64,000 bases of DNA from Antechinus flavipes (Eukaryota). Below, piece after piece: positions 23,905-36,780 of this stretch. The notes beneath the pieces were generated by a model. It was not told where the DNA came from. It did no database searches and was given only the letters and a program-made list of their open reading frames with translations. The position numbers were made by a program, and so were the translations under genes. Position 1 is the first letter of the stretch. Each line of letters starts with the position of its first letter. Where the stretch lies: contig NC_067399.1 of assembly GCF_016432865.1 (NCBI RefSeq), forward strand, positions 444,726,001-444,790,000, in the 5' to 3' direction.

Positions 23905-24110
23905 ATCTTTGCTGTTGTTGAGTCATTTCAGTCTTGTTCAATTCTTCATAACTCCATTTAGGCTTTTCTTGGCACAGAAGAAACTGAGGCAAACAAGATT
24001 GAATGATTTGCCCATAGTCACACAACTGGTCTGAAGTCAGATTTGAACTCATGAAGAGTCTTTCTGATTGCAGGCTGGCTGTTCTATTCCCTGAGCCATT
24101 TAGGTGGCTA
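23905..24110 (-). mobile_element. MAR1-type SINE
   Basis: TTGTTGAGTCATTTCAGTC tail and CORE. Confidence 0.75.
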
Positions 24111-26689
24111 CCTTTCCATCCTTAAATAGTATTAAAATTTAAATAGCATTTGATACTGCTATTTATTTTGTGAGATGGCTTTCAAGGAAGGAAAGGGGGG
24201 GAAAACATTGGAGGAAACTATAATATAATTAACAAACATTATAACATAATGAACAATATTTTTGAAAATATGTAATATAAAATAGGACCTAATGTTCAAA
24301 CTGTACCCAGATTCATTATTATTTTCCATTGATTTTTATCAAAACAAATATTTATTTATTTATTTTGCAAATAATAAAAGTCTATTTTAGTTGGATTTCT
24401 TTCCATACAAGTATTTTCTTATTTCAGTGGAAATTCCACAGACCTGGAAGAAAGGGCAAAAGGAAACCATTTGAACAAGAACGGGAAAAGTCAAATAGAA
24501 AGCAGACTGAGCCCTACATAATAATCCTTGACTATGACAATATTGAGCACAGGGTGCCTGCCCCTGAGGAGTAGAATGAATGAATGAATGAAGTAATGAA
24601 TGAAAAAGTATATTTCTTGAGTTTACGATGCACTAAGCTCTGGGAATACAAATCCAAAAGTAAAGACAGTCCTTAATCTTATGGAGCTTACATTCTCCTA
24701 AAAGGAGACAATACATATAGAGAGGTAGTAGTCAGAGAGAACTTTAGCTCAGAAAGTTACGGGCATAGTGAGTAAGTCCACAGAGAAGTAGACTGACCTA
24801 CTCCTTCTAAGAACAATGGCAGAGTTGATTTGATCATAGTTTCAGAACTGGAGAGGAAAGAAAGAGAGGGAGATCATATTTATACTTAATAGACATGACC
24901 TCGTGGCCAATTCCAGCAAGCTGCTTGGGAACAATGTCAGTAGGAATAAAAGTACCTTAAAGCAGAAGTTCTGTAGTTGAAACTACATTGGAAATGATCT
25001 TAGGAGATAAAGCTGTTGGTATGACTAATGAGATGACTCAGGAATAGGAAAACACTTAATAGATAGGTACCTTCCTGCTATGTACCTCTCCTTACATTGT
25101 TTGATATTCCTGAATTGTCCACTCCCACTGTTAAATTCCTGTGCATCCTTTGAACAGCAAATTCAACTTCTTTCAAGAAGTTTTCCCTGGGCCCTTGGTT
25201 AAAAAAGTACTTTCTCAGGCCTCATATACTACTTTGTTTTTACCTCTCTAATAATCTCCTTAGGGATCTCAGTTGATAACCTGTATGAATTTTATATCTT
25301 AACTCCTTACCCGAACTCTAAAATACATGAAGGCAAAGACCCTGTCTTCTCCTAGATTTTGTCTTCTCCCTCCTTCCCCTTCCTGGCACCTAATCTAGTG
25401 TTCTACACATAAGTGCTTAATAAATGTTTGCTGAAATGAATGAATGAATATGGATGGGGTCTCTTTTGCTAAATCACTTCATGTATTACTACATCCACAG
25501 GGCAGAAAACTAATATTTTTTTAACTTGCTTGGTAGATTAGGGAAGAATTGTAAATATGTATTTACAATTAAAATATTTCCACACTCAATCACATCTCAT
25601 TTCCCCTCAGGGATAGCAATGATGCTGGCTGGCAGCCTGGTAGAATGGAAAATATATTGGAATAGGAGCCAGAAGAAAAGGATTCTAGCCCTGCTAATTA
25701 GCTGTGTGACCCTGGGCAAATCAGTTTACTTCTCTGAGACTTGATTTCCTCATCTGTAAAATGGAGTTAACCATTATAGATCTACCAAAGCCATAGATTT
25801 GCTGTGGTAACATTTTGCTTCAATCTGCTGACTTATTGTGAAAAGCATGGTTGGAAATAGGTTTTGTAACTGGAAAAAGTTGATACTGGATTTTTTTTTG
25901 GTGAACTACAAATTCAAATTCTCTTTCCCTTCCATTTTTCTCATTCCTCTTCTTTTCTTTCCTTCTTTTTTTCCTTTTCTTTTCTTTTTTCTATTTTGGT
26001 GATTAAGTGACTTGCCCAGGATTGCATACCTTTTTCTATTTTGTAGATCTTTTCTCAGAGCCCAACATAAGAGGTTTTTTTTTTTTTTGTTTGTTTGTTT
26101 GTTTGTTTTGGTGTGTTTGGGTTTTTTCTTTTTTTTGCCTCTTTTCACTAGTAATATTGTAAGTTTCTACTTGTTACATTTTATATCATATTTATGAGAT
26201 TGTGACGAATATTTTCCTGGCTTCATACTCCCTGTTTTCCTCCCTTCTTTGATTCATAAAATATTAGATTTGGAAGGTTCCTTTATATATCAACTAGTTC
26301 ACTTCTCCTCATTTCACAGGTGAGCAAACTGAGGCTTAGAAAGGGAGACAAGTTATCCATGTTCATCTCACAGCTATAGAGAGCCAGAACCAGGTCATTT
26401 AACCTCCAATTCAGTGCATTTGCCATTATACTGTCTTTTCTGCCTTATTCTTATTTCAGGTTCTATGTTATGCATATTCCTCTCGTATTCCCCCTTTCTG
26501 CCCAGTGCTAGTCATAATAGCTCACAGTTCTATCTCAAATCAAGGTTCTCCCTATGACATACACTGGCTGTATGACCTTGGGTAAAACACAGATAGGGAG
26601 CCTGCATTTCCAACCAGGAAACTCTCTAGTCCAGTGAAATCCTAGGTCCAATCAGTAACCCAATCCTTCAAGGTTTACAAAAGGCTGTC

Positions 26690-27300
26690 CTCACAACCAC
26701 CTTTTGTTGTTAGGTAGATCTGTGATGCATTACATGTATAATCACATGTCAATCCCTTGTTCAAAAATCTCAAATGATTCACTAGGGTCTGGAGGATAAA
26801 ATGCAAAAATACAAATTTCTCTGTTGTCAGGCATTTAAAGTCCTTTGCAATGTGACTGCAGCGTACCTTTCTGGGCTTATTGTCCATTATTCCTTTTCAT
26901 ACAATTAATGGCCCAGCCAGGCTACTTTACTTTTAGTTTCTCATTCAGACATTACATCTCCCATTCTATTTTGCACTGACCGACCCCATGTCTGGAATAT
27001 ATTTCTTTCCCATCGATGCCTCTTAGAATCCCTAGCTTCCTTCAAAATTCAGCTCAGCACCACCTCCACAGAGGAAGCCTTCTCTGACCCCCTCAGCTGT
27101 TGCTGCATTTCTATCCAGCTCCACTCCCATCCCCCCTCCTCAAATTACCTTGTATTGACTTTGAGTTTTGGATTCGCTTATATCCATATATTGTATATTG
27201 TTTCTCCTGATAGAAAGTAAACTCCTTGAGAGCAGGCATTCTTTTATTTTTTGCCTTTGTATCCTTGGCATCTAACATAATAGTTGCTTAATAAATGCTT
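26690..27300 (+). mobile_element. MIR and L2 3' end
   Basis: L2 terminal TAAACTCCTTGAGAGCAGG...TTAATAAATGCTT. Confidence 0.65.
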
Positions 27301-27304
27301 AGAG

Positions 27305-27598
27305 ACATGAACTCTCATAGCATTCTTTTTGTTGTTTGCTTGCATTTTATTTTCTTTCTCATTTTTTTCCTTTTTGATTTCACTTTTTTTGTGAAGCAAG
27401 ACAATCGTATAAATATATACGCATATATTGGATTTAACATATATTTTTACCATGTTTAACATATTGTATTACTTGCCATCTAGGGAAAGGGGTGGGAGGA
27501 AGAGAGGGGGAATTGTAACACAAGGTTTTGCAAGGGTTCATATTAAAAAATTATCCATGCATATGTTTTGAAAATAAAAAGCTTTAATTTAAAAAATT
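27305..27598 (+). mobile_element. L1 3' end
   Basis: L1 3'UTR signature and A-rich end. Confidence 0.85.
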
Positions 27599-28384
27599 GT
27601 ACTTATTCCTTGTTGTGAAAAGCATGAAATAGCTTATGTAAAGCAGTTTACAAACCTTAAAATTATATGTAAATGCAGCTATATTATTATTATACTATCC
27701 TTAATACAATTTTTTTTTAAATAACCGCATTAGCTCCACTTAAAAAAAAAAAAAGAAAAGAAAAGAAATGAACTTCCTCCAAAATTATATGGCTTGGAAC
27801 CCAGTTATATATTCTCACCTCATGTGATGTAGTTTCTCCAAATCTTCCCTTAAACCTTCTGTAGGGGATCAAACCAACCTGAGAGAGGCCTTCTTCTAGG
27901 TCTTTTACTTTTAATTTTTTTTAATTCTAAATTTTAATTTTAAAAAATTTAAACACCCTCCAAAGTGGATCATTCCCATATAAACAGCGCATGATTTAAG
28001 CTGTCCCTGTCATTTCTCATTATATGATCAGCTGACTGATGAGTTTAATCCTCCATTATAACAGCTTATTTAAAGACTAAGGGGCTATATAATGGTCCCC
28101 AAGGTCCATTCATTTTTTCTCTTTGACTTCAGAGAATTTTTTTTTTAATGAAAAGTTCTGAGCTCAATCACAATTCGTTGGAGCTCCCTAATTAGGAAAA
28201 AAGTCCTAAAACTTAAGAAGGGGTTGAGTCCTCTGCTAAGACTTACATTTATAGCTATCAGTTTCTTTGTAGTCAAGGCAAAATTCAGATTACTGGAAGC
28301 ACTTTGGTAAAGAGGCAGTAGATTGAATTATAGTGTGTGGAATAGACCCCCACCAGGCAGGAAAGTTGAAGAAAGAGCAAAACA

Positions 28385-28880
28385 TTTTTTAAATAGTATT
28401 TTATTTTTCCAAATACATGCAAAGATAGTTTTCAATGTTCGCCTTTGCAAAACCTGTGTTCCAGATTTTTCTCCCTCTCCCCTCCTCAAGACAGCAAGTA
28501 ATCTGATATAGGTTAAACATGTACATTTCTTCTAAACGTATTTCCGTATTCATTATGCTGCACAAGAAAAATCAGATCAAAAGGAAAGAAAACATGAGAA
28601 AGAAAAAAAACAAAAAACAAAAAAATTCCCAAACAATAACAATTAAAAGGTGAAAATACTTTGCTTTGATCCACATTCAGTTTCCATAGTTCTCTGTCTA
28701 GATGTGAAGGGCACTTTTAATCACAAGTCTATGGAACTGCCTTGAGTCACCGAATTGTTGAGAAGAATCAAGTCCATCAAAGTTGATCATCACATAATCT
28801 TATTAATTCTGTTCTTCTCACTTCACTCAGCCTCAGTTCATGTAAATCTTTCCAGGGTTTTCTGAAATCAGCCTGAAGAG
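28385..28880 (-). mobile_element. L1 3' end
   Basis: AATACATGCAAAGATAGTTTTCAA...GCAAAACC signature. Confidence 0.88.
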
Positions 28881-29924
28881 CAAAACTTTTTTTGAGACTT
28901 CCATTAGCTTGGATATTCTTTTCTACCTCTCCATGAGATATTTTCCCCCAAATATCTTCTTTACTAGAACACAGAACCTTCTTTGCTCCATTCGTGCTCC
29001 AATGTCTTAAACCTCATCTTTCAGAAAATCTTCTTTTCTAATTCTGAGATAGTTTATGGCAATCTCTCACATAATGGTTTTTATTCGAGAGGGAGAACAG
29101 GCCTTCTTTCACACTCAATTCTGATTGTTGGATTTAAATTTTAAAAATTGTTTGTCCTCGTCAAGGCATCTGGCCAATGTCACGCAGCCAGAAAATGAGA
29201 AGATCAAGATTAAAATGAATGTTTTGTCCAGTTTATTACTCAGTTCAACAAACACTTATTATCTCTCCATAAAACACCAATTTCCCTCTCCCCCGGTGAT
29301 GGATCATCACCTTCCTACTCACAAATATTTGATGTTTCTCTTTCCCCCCCTAGAATAAAATTCACCTTCTTCAGTCTGTCCTTTAATACCAGCTACAATC
29401 TGACTTCAGGCCACTTTTCCAGTCTATTTCACATTACTTCGCTTCACTCCTTCTTATGTTCCACCAAAACTGGCCAGCTTGCTATTCTACACATGGGAAA
29501 TCCATGTCCTTCTTCCATGTTTTGACCCAGATTGTCTACCATGCTCATGATGCACTTCTCTGTTCATATGGGCTAATGACTGGAGTGCCATACTTGGACC
29601 CAGGACGTTCCCAAGTTCAAATCTGACCTCAGACTCTTCTTAGCTTTGTGATCCTGGACAAACCACTTGACCTCAGTTTTCCTCAGTTTCCTCATCTGTA
29701 AAATGGGAATAATGATAGCCTTCATGTTCCAGCATTGTTGTGAGGATCAAATGAGATAATAGCTGTAAAGGGCTTAGCCTAGTGAATGGCACATAGCAAG
29801 TACATGTTAGCTCTTATCATCATAGCTGCCTCTTGGAATATTGCCATTCATTCAAGGTTTAATCGTTGTGGAGGCCTGTTTGAAGCCTTTCCTAATTCCT
29901 CCGTATTTGTGTTCTCTTTGTCCT

Positions 29925-30135
29925 AATAATATAATTATTATTATATTTATACTTATATTATATTATATTATATAATATATAATTATATATTAGATTACAT
30001 ATATTATATAAAAATACATATATTTATATAATCTATATAAAACACAACGTATAGTATATATTTACATATATATTTGTGTAAATACATATTTATATAAAAC
30101 ATCATATATGAAATAAACAATAACGTATACTTTAT
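29925..30135. repeat. AT-rich, (TA)-like low-complexity tract
   Basis: Direct reading; almost pure A/T. Confidence 0.9.
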
Positions 30136-30269
30136 GTACCATAACGTAAAGTGAGAAATATTAGTTTTTTGCTTTCTTTTCTGGGAACGTGTTTTATCTC
30201 CTCGGATCAGTGTGACTTCGTGCGCGCTGGGTTTCTGCCTTTTCCCACCCACTCCCATGACAAAGTCTT

Positions 30270-31010
30270 GCACTTCGCGCGCATAATCAAAGTCTGTGGA
30301 AGGGAATCCCAGTCCCGAGCCCCGCGGGTCGCGTGCTCGGCACCGGGAGAGACTCGGACCCAGCCACCCGCCCCCAGGAGGGTCCCAGCCTCCCCGAAGC
30401 GTTAGCGGTGAGACGAGGCGGGATGGGGGGAGCGCGGGCAGCCGCGAACACCCCCGCCCCCGCCCCTCTGGATCTTGCGGCGCTCGGGATCCGTCCGGGT
30501 TCCTTGGCCCGCATTTCCTCAGATGTTCCCTTCCTCCCTCCCCTCCCCCGCACCGGGGCAGCCCCCCGGAGGCTGGCCCGCCCCCCTCATCAGGGGTCCT
30601 TTCCGCTCAGCTCGCCTCTGCAGCCGATCCCTGGTCTATTTCCACTTCCTTTGGGGGCTGGGGGCGGCCGGCACCATCTGACACCCAAGCTCTCCGTTCC
30701 CACCAGCGCGCCCTCCCCCTTCTCCAGCAGCCTTCCCCGCATTCTTCCGGGGGCAGCTGTTAGCGGCTCAGCACTTTCGTTTCCCCCGGGCGTGGGTGGG
30801 GGCGGGGAGGGGGGCCGGGGACATCCAGCTATGCTCACCTGTCCCTGTCTCAGTCTGGCCCAATCTTGGCTCGCCCTCGTCAGAGGCAACCGCGTCCCCG
30901 CTCTTCGGCGGAGCGAGAACAGCCCCATCCCCGGGCTCCTTTCCAGTCTTGGGAACTTTCTTCCTGACCAACTCCGAGAGAGTCGTATCCCCCTTTTAGG
31001 GAGGAGCGGA
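30270..31010. promoter_or_regulatory. Orphan CpG island about 10 kb upstream of TOP1
   Basis: Dense CpG; tandem GC boxes (CCCCGCCCCCGCCCC near 30452); ETS-like ACTTCCT near 30644; no recognisable gene or repeat. Confidence 0.8.
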
Positions 31011-31089
31011 GTTTTACCACAGATGATTCAGCTTGTCCGTGACAGAGCCGGGATGCAAACACATCCTCTGATTTTGAGTTTGCTTGTTA

Positions 31090-31435
31090 TTCTCTTAGTA
31101 AAAAATAACTTTTTAATGGTATTTTTACTTTTTTCCACATACATGCCAAAGGAGTTTTCAACATTAGCCTTCGCAAAACCTGTACTGCAAATTTCTCTGT
31201 TTCCGCTGTCCCCTCTCCCCAAGAAAGCAAGTCACCTGACGTAGGTTAGTTTGCAGTTCTTCTAAGCATATTTCCATATTTGTCATGTTGCACGAGAAAA
31301 AAAATCAGATTAAAAGTGAAAAAAAAAAACCCAAGCAAACAATAATAACAAAATACGGTGATAATATTCTTTGATCTACATTCAGTCTTCGTGGTTCTCT
31401 TTCCCGTTGCAGGGAATACTTTCCATTATAGGTCT
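31090..31435 (-). mobile_element. L1 3' end
   Basis: L1 3'UTR signature. Confidence 0.85.
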
Positions 31436-31599
31436 GTAAAATAACTTTCTAACAAAAGAGTATTCGTTATGAGTGTTGGGACAGGATTCCTACTCAGGCA
31501 GAGAAGATGCTTCTTCTAACTCGGAGAGTCGGTGTTCAGCAAAGATAAATCAAAGTTACTTGTCTAGAGAGACAACTCTAGTGAGTAGCAAACTGCCAG

Positions 31600-33150
31600 C
31601 CTCGTCAGTGCTCTTCTCACTGCTTTTTGCATCTTTTCCCAGTTCCTTCAGTTAACTTCCTTGGCACGGTCACTCTCTTCTGGAACCTCCCCAGTTTATC
31701 AATCTCCTTCCTAAAATGTGGTGCCCAGGGCTGAACACAGAAGTAGGTGGGCTAGGGCACAGTACAGATGGGGCTACTTTCCCCTTAGCCTCTATTCATA
31801 CTGCATTATTTCATACTGTTGACTGGACAGCGAGGTGATGGATGCAATGGATAGAGTCCCAGGTCTTAAATCAGGAAGACCTGAGATCAAAATTGACCTC
31901 AATTAACAGCTGTGGGACAGTAGGCAAGTCATTTAACCCTGTCTGCCTCAGTTTCTCATCTATAAAATGAGCTGGAGAAGGAAATAACGACCACTCTAGT
32001 AAATTTGCCCAGATCGTCAAGAGTCAGACTGAAAAACGGTGCAGCAAAATCATAGTATTACACTCCTAATACACTAAAAGCCCCGAGAACTTTTTTACAG
32101 AAAATGTCATCCAGCCACAACTCTGCATTCCGTACTTACAAAGTTGGTTAAAAACAAATCAACTAACAAACAAAAAACAAATTGAACCATGGATAAGTCA
32201 CTTGCAGGACTTCTATGTGCCAAATTTCATCTCCCTCTAGTAATGTGATTGTCCTCTTCTAGAATTCACTTCCTCATCTCTGCTTCCTGACTTCTCTGAC
32301 TTCCCTCAGGACTTAGCTGAAATCCCATGCTCCCTAGAAGGCCGCTGACAGTTCCTTCCCTCTGAAACAACCTTCCTTGTACACTGCATGTACCTTGTAT
32401 GTTATTTTCATGTTTTTCCTTCCATTAGAATGTGAGCTCCTCGAGAGCAAGAAACTTTTCCCGCTTTCTTTATATCCATACTGCTTAACCTAGTGCCTAG
32501 TGCATGGGAAATGTTTAATAAATGCATGTTGACGGCCTGATTTAAATGGTATCTTTTAAACTTTCAGCCTCTCCATCTTTAAATACGGAAATAAACCTTG
32601 CAATACTATCTCACAGCATTATTTGGAGAGGGGGGGAGCACTCTGTAAATCACACAGTTTTTTAGAAATGGGAACGCTTATTACCCATAATAACTTGCTC
32701 TTTCCATAAACGAAAAACACCTGGCAGTTGGTTCATTTCCTTTTCCCTTTGCTACAGTCCTATTCCCCCATATATTCTTTAGCCCAAAGTCCAAACAGCT
32801 CTGCCGCTTTAACTAGGGCTGTTAATAGCTTATAATGTTTCCTTTACCCACGACTTCATTCCTAGAGTCTGGATCTGGTCCCTGGACGCACCATGAGGTT
32901 TGCCAGCCATGCTGACCTATTTTCTCCTGATGCATTCTCCAAAAATATTATTTCTCAGCTGGCTTAAGGAGCACATCAATTTCTCCTCTTCCAGGAATCT
33001 GAATTTTGGCAAATCTGTTTGTTTTGTTGGGCCATCCCTGAAGAATTGGTAACCTGGGTTCCCATCATCCTCTGTGTGTGGTGAACAGAAGAGGTTCTCT
33101 TGTGAGCCTCTTTCTACCTTGAAACAGTAGAATTTGCTTTTTTCTTCCTT
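31600..33150 (-). mobile_element. CR1/L3 fragments interrupted by SINE and L2 pieces
   Basis: CCTTCCTAAAATGTGGTGCCCAGGGCTGAACACAG is a typical reverse-strand CR1 ORF2 motif. Confidence 0.55.
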
Positions 33151-33904
33151 CTTACACCCTTTAATGATCCTTGTGGAAGAAAAAAAATGAACAAGCCAGT
33201 AGTATTGCTTCCATTCTCTTGCTCTTTTCTTTCTTTCCTGTCTCTTGACTCTATCACTGAATTCTGTTGCTCTTCTCTTTAAGAGTACCCCTTCACAGGT
33301 GTCCTTTTCCTTGGTCCAAACTTGAATAGTAACACTAGCTAGTTGTCCCTTTTCTCATTTTTTTCTTTAGGTTCTTCAAGGCCTATGTCTACTAACAACT
33401 GTCTTAATGTTCTTCTCTCATCACATCACTCCTCTACTCGAAATCCTTTTCTCTGTTGCAGGTTGAATAAAGTATAAACTTGACATTGAACAAGGTCTTT
33501 CACAATCTTACTCTAACTTACCTCTCCAGACTTCTCATACAACTCCCTTTCATGTATTCTTTGTTTCTGTCAAACTGGACTCTTCTCTATGTCCGGTTCT
33601 TGTCTTGCTCTCTCCTGTGTCTAGATCTTTTCTTATTCATGCCTTAACTCCTGAAATGATTCCATCCATCCCTCTAATCCTACCTCTCCACCTCTTCCTT
33701 TTTTCTACTGAGATGATTCCCTTCTTTCTACTCCTAATTCAAAAGTTGCAATCTCCAGGAAATTTTCTCTGACTTCTCTCTAAGTAAAAGTGATTTCTTT
33801 CCTCCCAGCTATCTTGGAATACTTTTCCTGGAATCTTTATTTGCATGTATCTCAATCTCCTTTGTGTCAGAGTTCTTGTGTATCTTTCTAAGGATCTTAG
33901 ATTT

Positions 33905-34965
33905 ATTTTTATTAAAGCTTTTTAATTTCAAAATATAAGCATCTATAATTTTCAGCATTCACCCTTGAAAAACCTTGTGTTCCAAATTTTTTCCCTCCCT
34001 TTTCCCCACCCCCTCCCCTAGATACCAAGTAATCCAATATATTATTGTTATATATTATTATATTAATTATATATGTGTTATATATAAAAATATATTAAAC
34101 ATGTGCAATTTTTCGTACATATTTCTGTTGGAATCTTTACAAACTGCTAACTCATTAGAGTTGATAGATTATTGATCTGATCTTACAAGATGTTTTGGGC
34201 CAGAACCTGAAACAAGGTACTAAGTAGAACACAAAGCTTGTGTTCACACCTTTACTCGTTGGAGTTCACAAGTATGGGAGTTCACAAAGTTAACTGTGTA
34301 ACTTTGTGAATTCACACCTCCCTTGAAGCTCTTAGGGCCACACCCATAATCCCTCTCTCTCGTATCCCACAATTCCTCTCTCTCTCTCTCCTATAAAAGA
34401 AACAGAGAGAGGTTCTCGGACAGATTTCAGCGGAATTACATGAAGAGTGGAGCTGGCTGGAGGCTGAAGAAAGCAGAGGCGGAGGCGGAGGCGGAGGCTG
34501 AAGGACAAACCTTTGGATTTGGAGACATTTGGAGGGAGCTCTTGGAACCAAGCAGAGAGAGAGGCCTCTAAGAATCTAGCTATCCGGGCCCAAGGAAAGC
34601 GACAAGACTTGGAAGGAGAAATAAACGTTTGTATTTTTACCAGCTGGCTGCATTTGGGGTAATTATTGATCTGAACTGATACTAAGGCTGCCTCCAGAAA
34701 ACCTCCCCCAAGAAACCTGCTTTCTCCCCCAGAGAGAACTATTCTATTTATTTTAAAAGAAGAAGATCACCACATATTTCCATAAATATCATGCTACACA
34801 AGGAAAATCAGATCAAAAAGAAAAAAAAAAGAGAACAAAAATAAAATGCAAGCAAACAACAAAAAGAGTGGAAATGCTATGCTGTGATCCACACTCACTT
34901 CCTCCCTCTGGGTGCAGATGGCTCTCTTCATCACAAGACCATTAGAACTGGCCTGACTCACCTGC
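33905..34965 (-). mobile_element. L1 3' end hosting a solo LTR
   Basis: L1 3'UTR resumes seamlessly after the LTR. Confidence 0.88.
34126..34774 (+). mobile_element. Solo ERV LTR (649 bp) with 6-bp TSD
   Basis: TG...CA ends; TATTTC at 34120-34125 and 34775-34780; TATAAAA at 34392-34398; AATAAA at 34620-34625. Confidence 0.92.
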
Positions 34966-35499
34966 TGATTTAGAGCCAGAAGAGACTAGACAGGTAGAGA
35001 GGTTGCCCGTCACACTTTCTGACTTTACAGAAGAGAAGGAAGCTCAGTGAGATTAAATGACTTATTGTATTTCACCCTGGGGTCTTTTCCCACTCTACCA
35101 CACTGTCAACTCTTGACTGTATAAAAGCAGTCTCTCTGTGTTTGACCTCCCTCTCCCCCAGCAGCTGGCAATAAGTTTTGTGCAGCTGTTTCTGAGCTTA
35201 AGAAGTATTTCTGGAAGTGAATCTCTCCCCTCTTTCCCACTTTCTCTTCCACCCTGAGGAGCTGCTTCAGTGTTTCCTAGTAGTGCAAGTATGCCATAGT
35301 CATAGCCTCTATGGGGGATTTCTGGGATGCGTCACTCCCGCCGTATCCGTGTGGACACAGAGAAGAAAGTGAGTTTTTAGTGCATGGAAGTGCGCCTTTA
35401 GCGATGGTGCTAAAGGGTGCTGGCTAACAGGGTCTCCAGCGGGAGCGGTCTCTGGTGACAGGCCTCCGTAGGGCTGATCTCAGCCCTGCTCTGGTCACC

Positions 35500-36780
35500 G
35501 TTTTTATCAAGGTCAGATTCAGCAACAGAAGCTTGTCTAATCAAGTCCATAGGTGGTACAAAGCTGAGAACAAGAGCTAATGCACTGGATGGTGGAACCA
35601 GACTCCAGAAACAACCAAGAGCAGAATCAAACACAGTGAGATCATAAAGGACTAAATACAAAGATTCACACTTTCAGGATGGGGAGGCCGGACTTGGCAG
35701 AAAATGCTTCAGAAAAACACTCGGGAGGGTTTTGTTTGTTTGTTTTGGTGAAGTGCAAGGGCAATAAGTCCCTGATGTACAAGATAATCAGAAAGCTAAA
35801 GCAACCTAAAGTTAAGAGGTGTAAGACTCAGAATAAAGATGGCGACAGTCCCATTGAATTCTGCCCTTGTCAGAGCAAACTGGAGTGTGGTATTTGGTGT
35901 TAGGTGCCCTGTTCTAGGAAGCTGTAATCATCTAGAGAAAGTGTGAGGTGAGAGGTCTCACAACTCTGTCCCATAGCTGAGAGACAATGGAAAGAATTAG
36001 GACTTTTTAGCCTAAAATAAATGAAGAGGAATTAGGGGATAGGGACATCATTGACCAGTTTCAGGTTTTAAAATGGGAGGAGAAGATGTATTTTGTATGA
36101 CTTCGGGGACAGACAGTCACTCAATCAATATTTATTTATTTATTTAATAAAGCTTTTTATTTTCAAAACATATGCACGAATAATTTGACAGCATTGACCT
36201 TTGTAACAGCCTTGTGTTTCAGATCTCCTTCTCCCCCCCTCCTTCCCCTAGATGGCAGAAAATCCAGTGTATGTTAAACATGTTAAAATATATGTTAAAT
36301 CCAATATGTCTAAACATATTTACACAATTTTCTTGCTGTACAGGAAAAATCGATCAAAGAAAGAAAAGTAAATGAGTAAGAAAACAAAACGCAAGCCAAC
36401 AACAAAAAGAGTGAGAAAGTTATGTTGTGATCCACACTCAGCCCCCTCAGTCTTCCCTCTGGGTGCAGATGGCTTTCTTCATCACAAGATCACTGGAACT
36501 GGCATCAGTCATCTCATTTCAACCTGTATTTATTAAGCATTTACCATGTACCAAGTAGGTTCTGTGCTTTGGGGAAACAGGATCAATGAGTGAAAGTTAC
36601 AGCTAGAAAGACTTCAGATCCATACAGAAAAAACTTTCCCAATGAGTGGAATTGGCTGCTCCAGGAGGTCCTGAGAACATGGCCCTAGAGGTTTAAGCAG
36701 AGACTGGATGAGGGGAGGACCTGTCACAGAGGCTGTATGGGGGCTGCAGGGGATGACCTCTAAGCCCCTGGGGCCTTTGG
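35500..36780 (+). mobile_element. CR1/L3 3' region interrupted by an L1 end
   Basis: Degenerate CR1 RT and 3' motifs on both sides of 36140-36520. Confidence 0.6.
36140..36520 (-). mobile_element. L1 3' end
   Basis: L1 3'UTR signature. Confidence 0.88.

Noticed and set aside
30333-31244. 303-aa plus-strand ORF (and other long ORFs in both CpG islands)
   Set aside because: Low-complexity G/P/A/R products are expected from stop-poor GC-rich DNA; it starts at a non-ATG codon and its 3' part is antisense L1 3'UTR.
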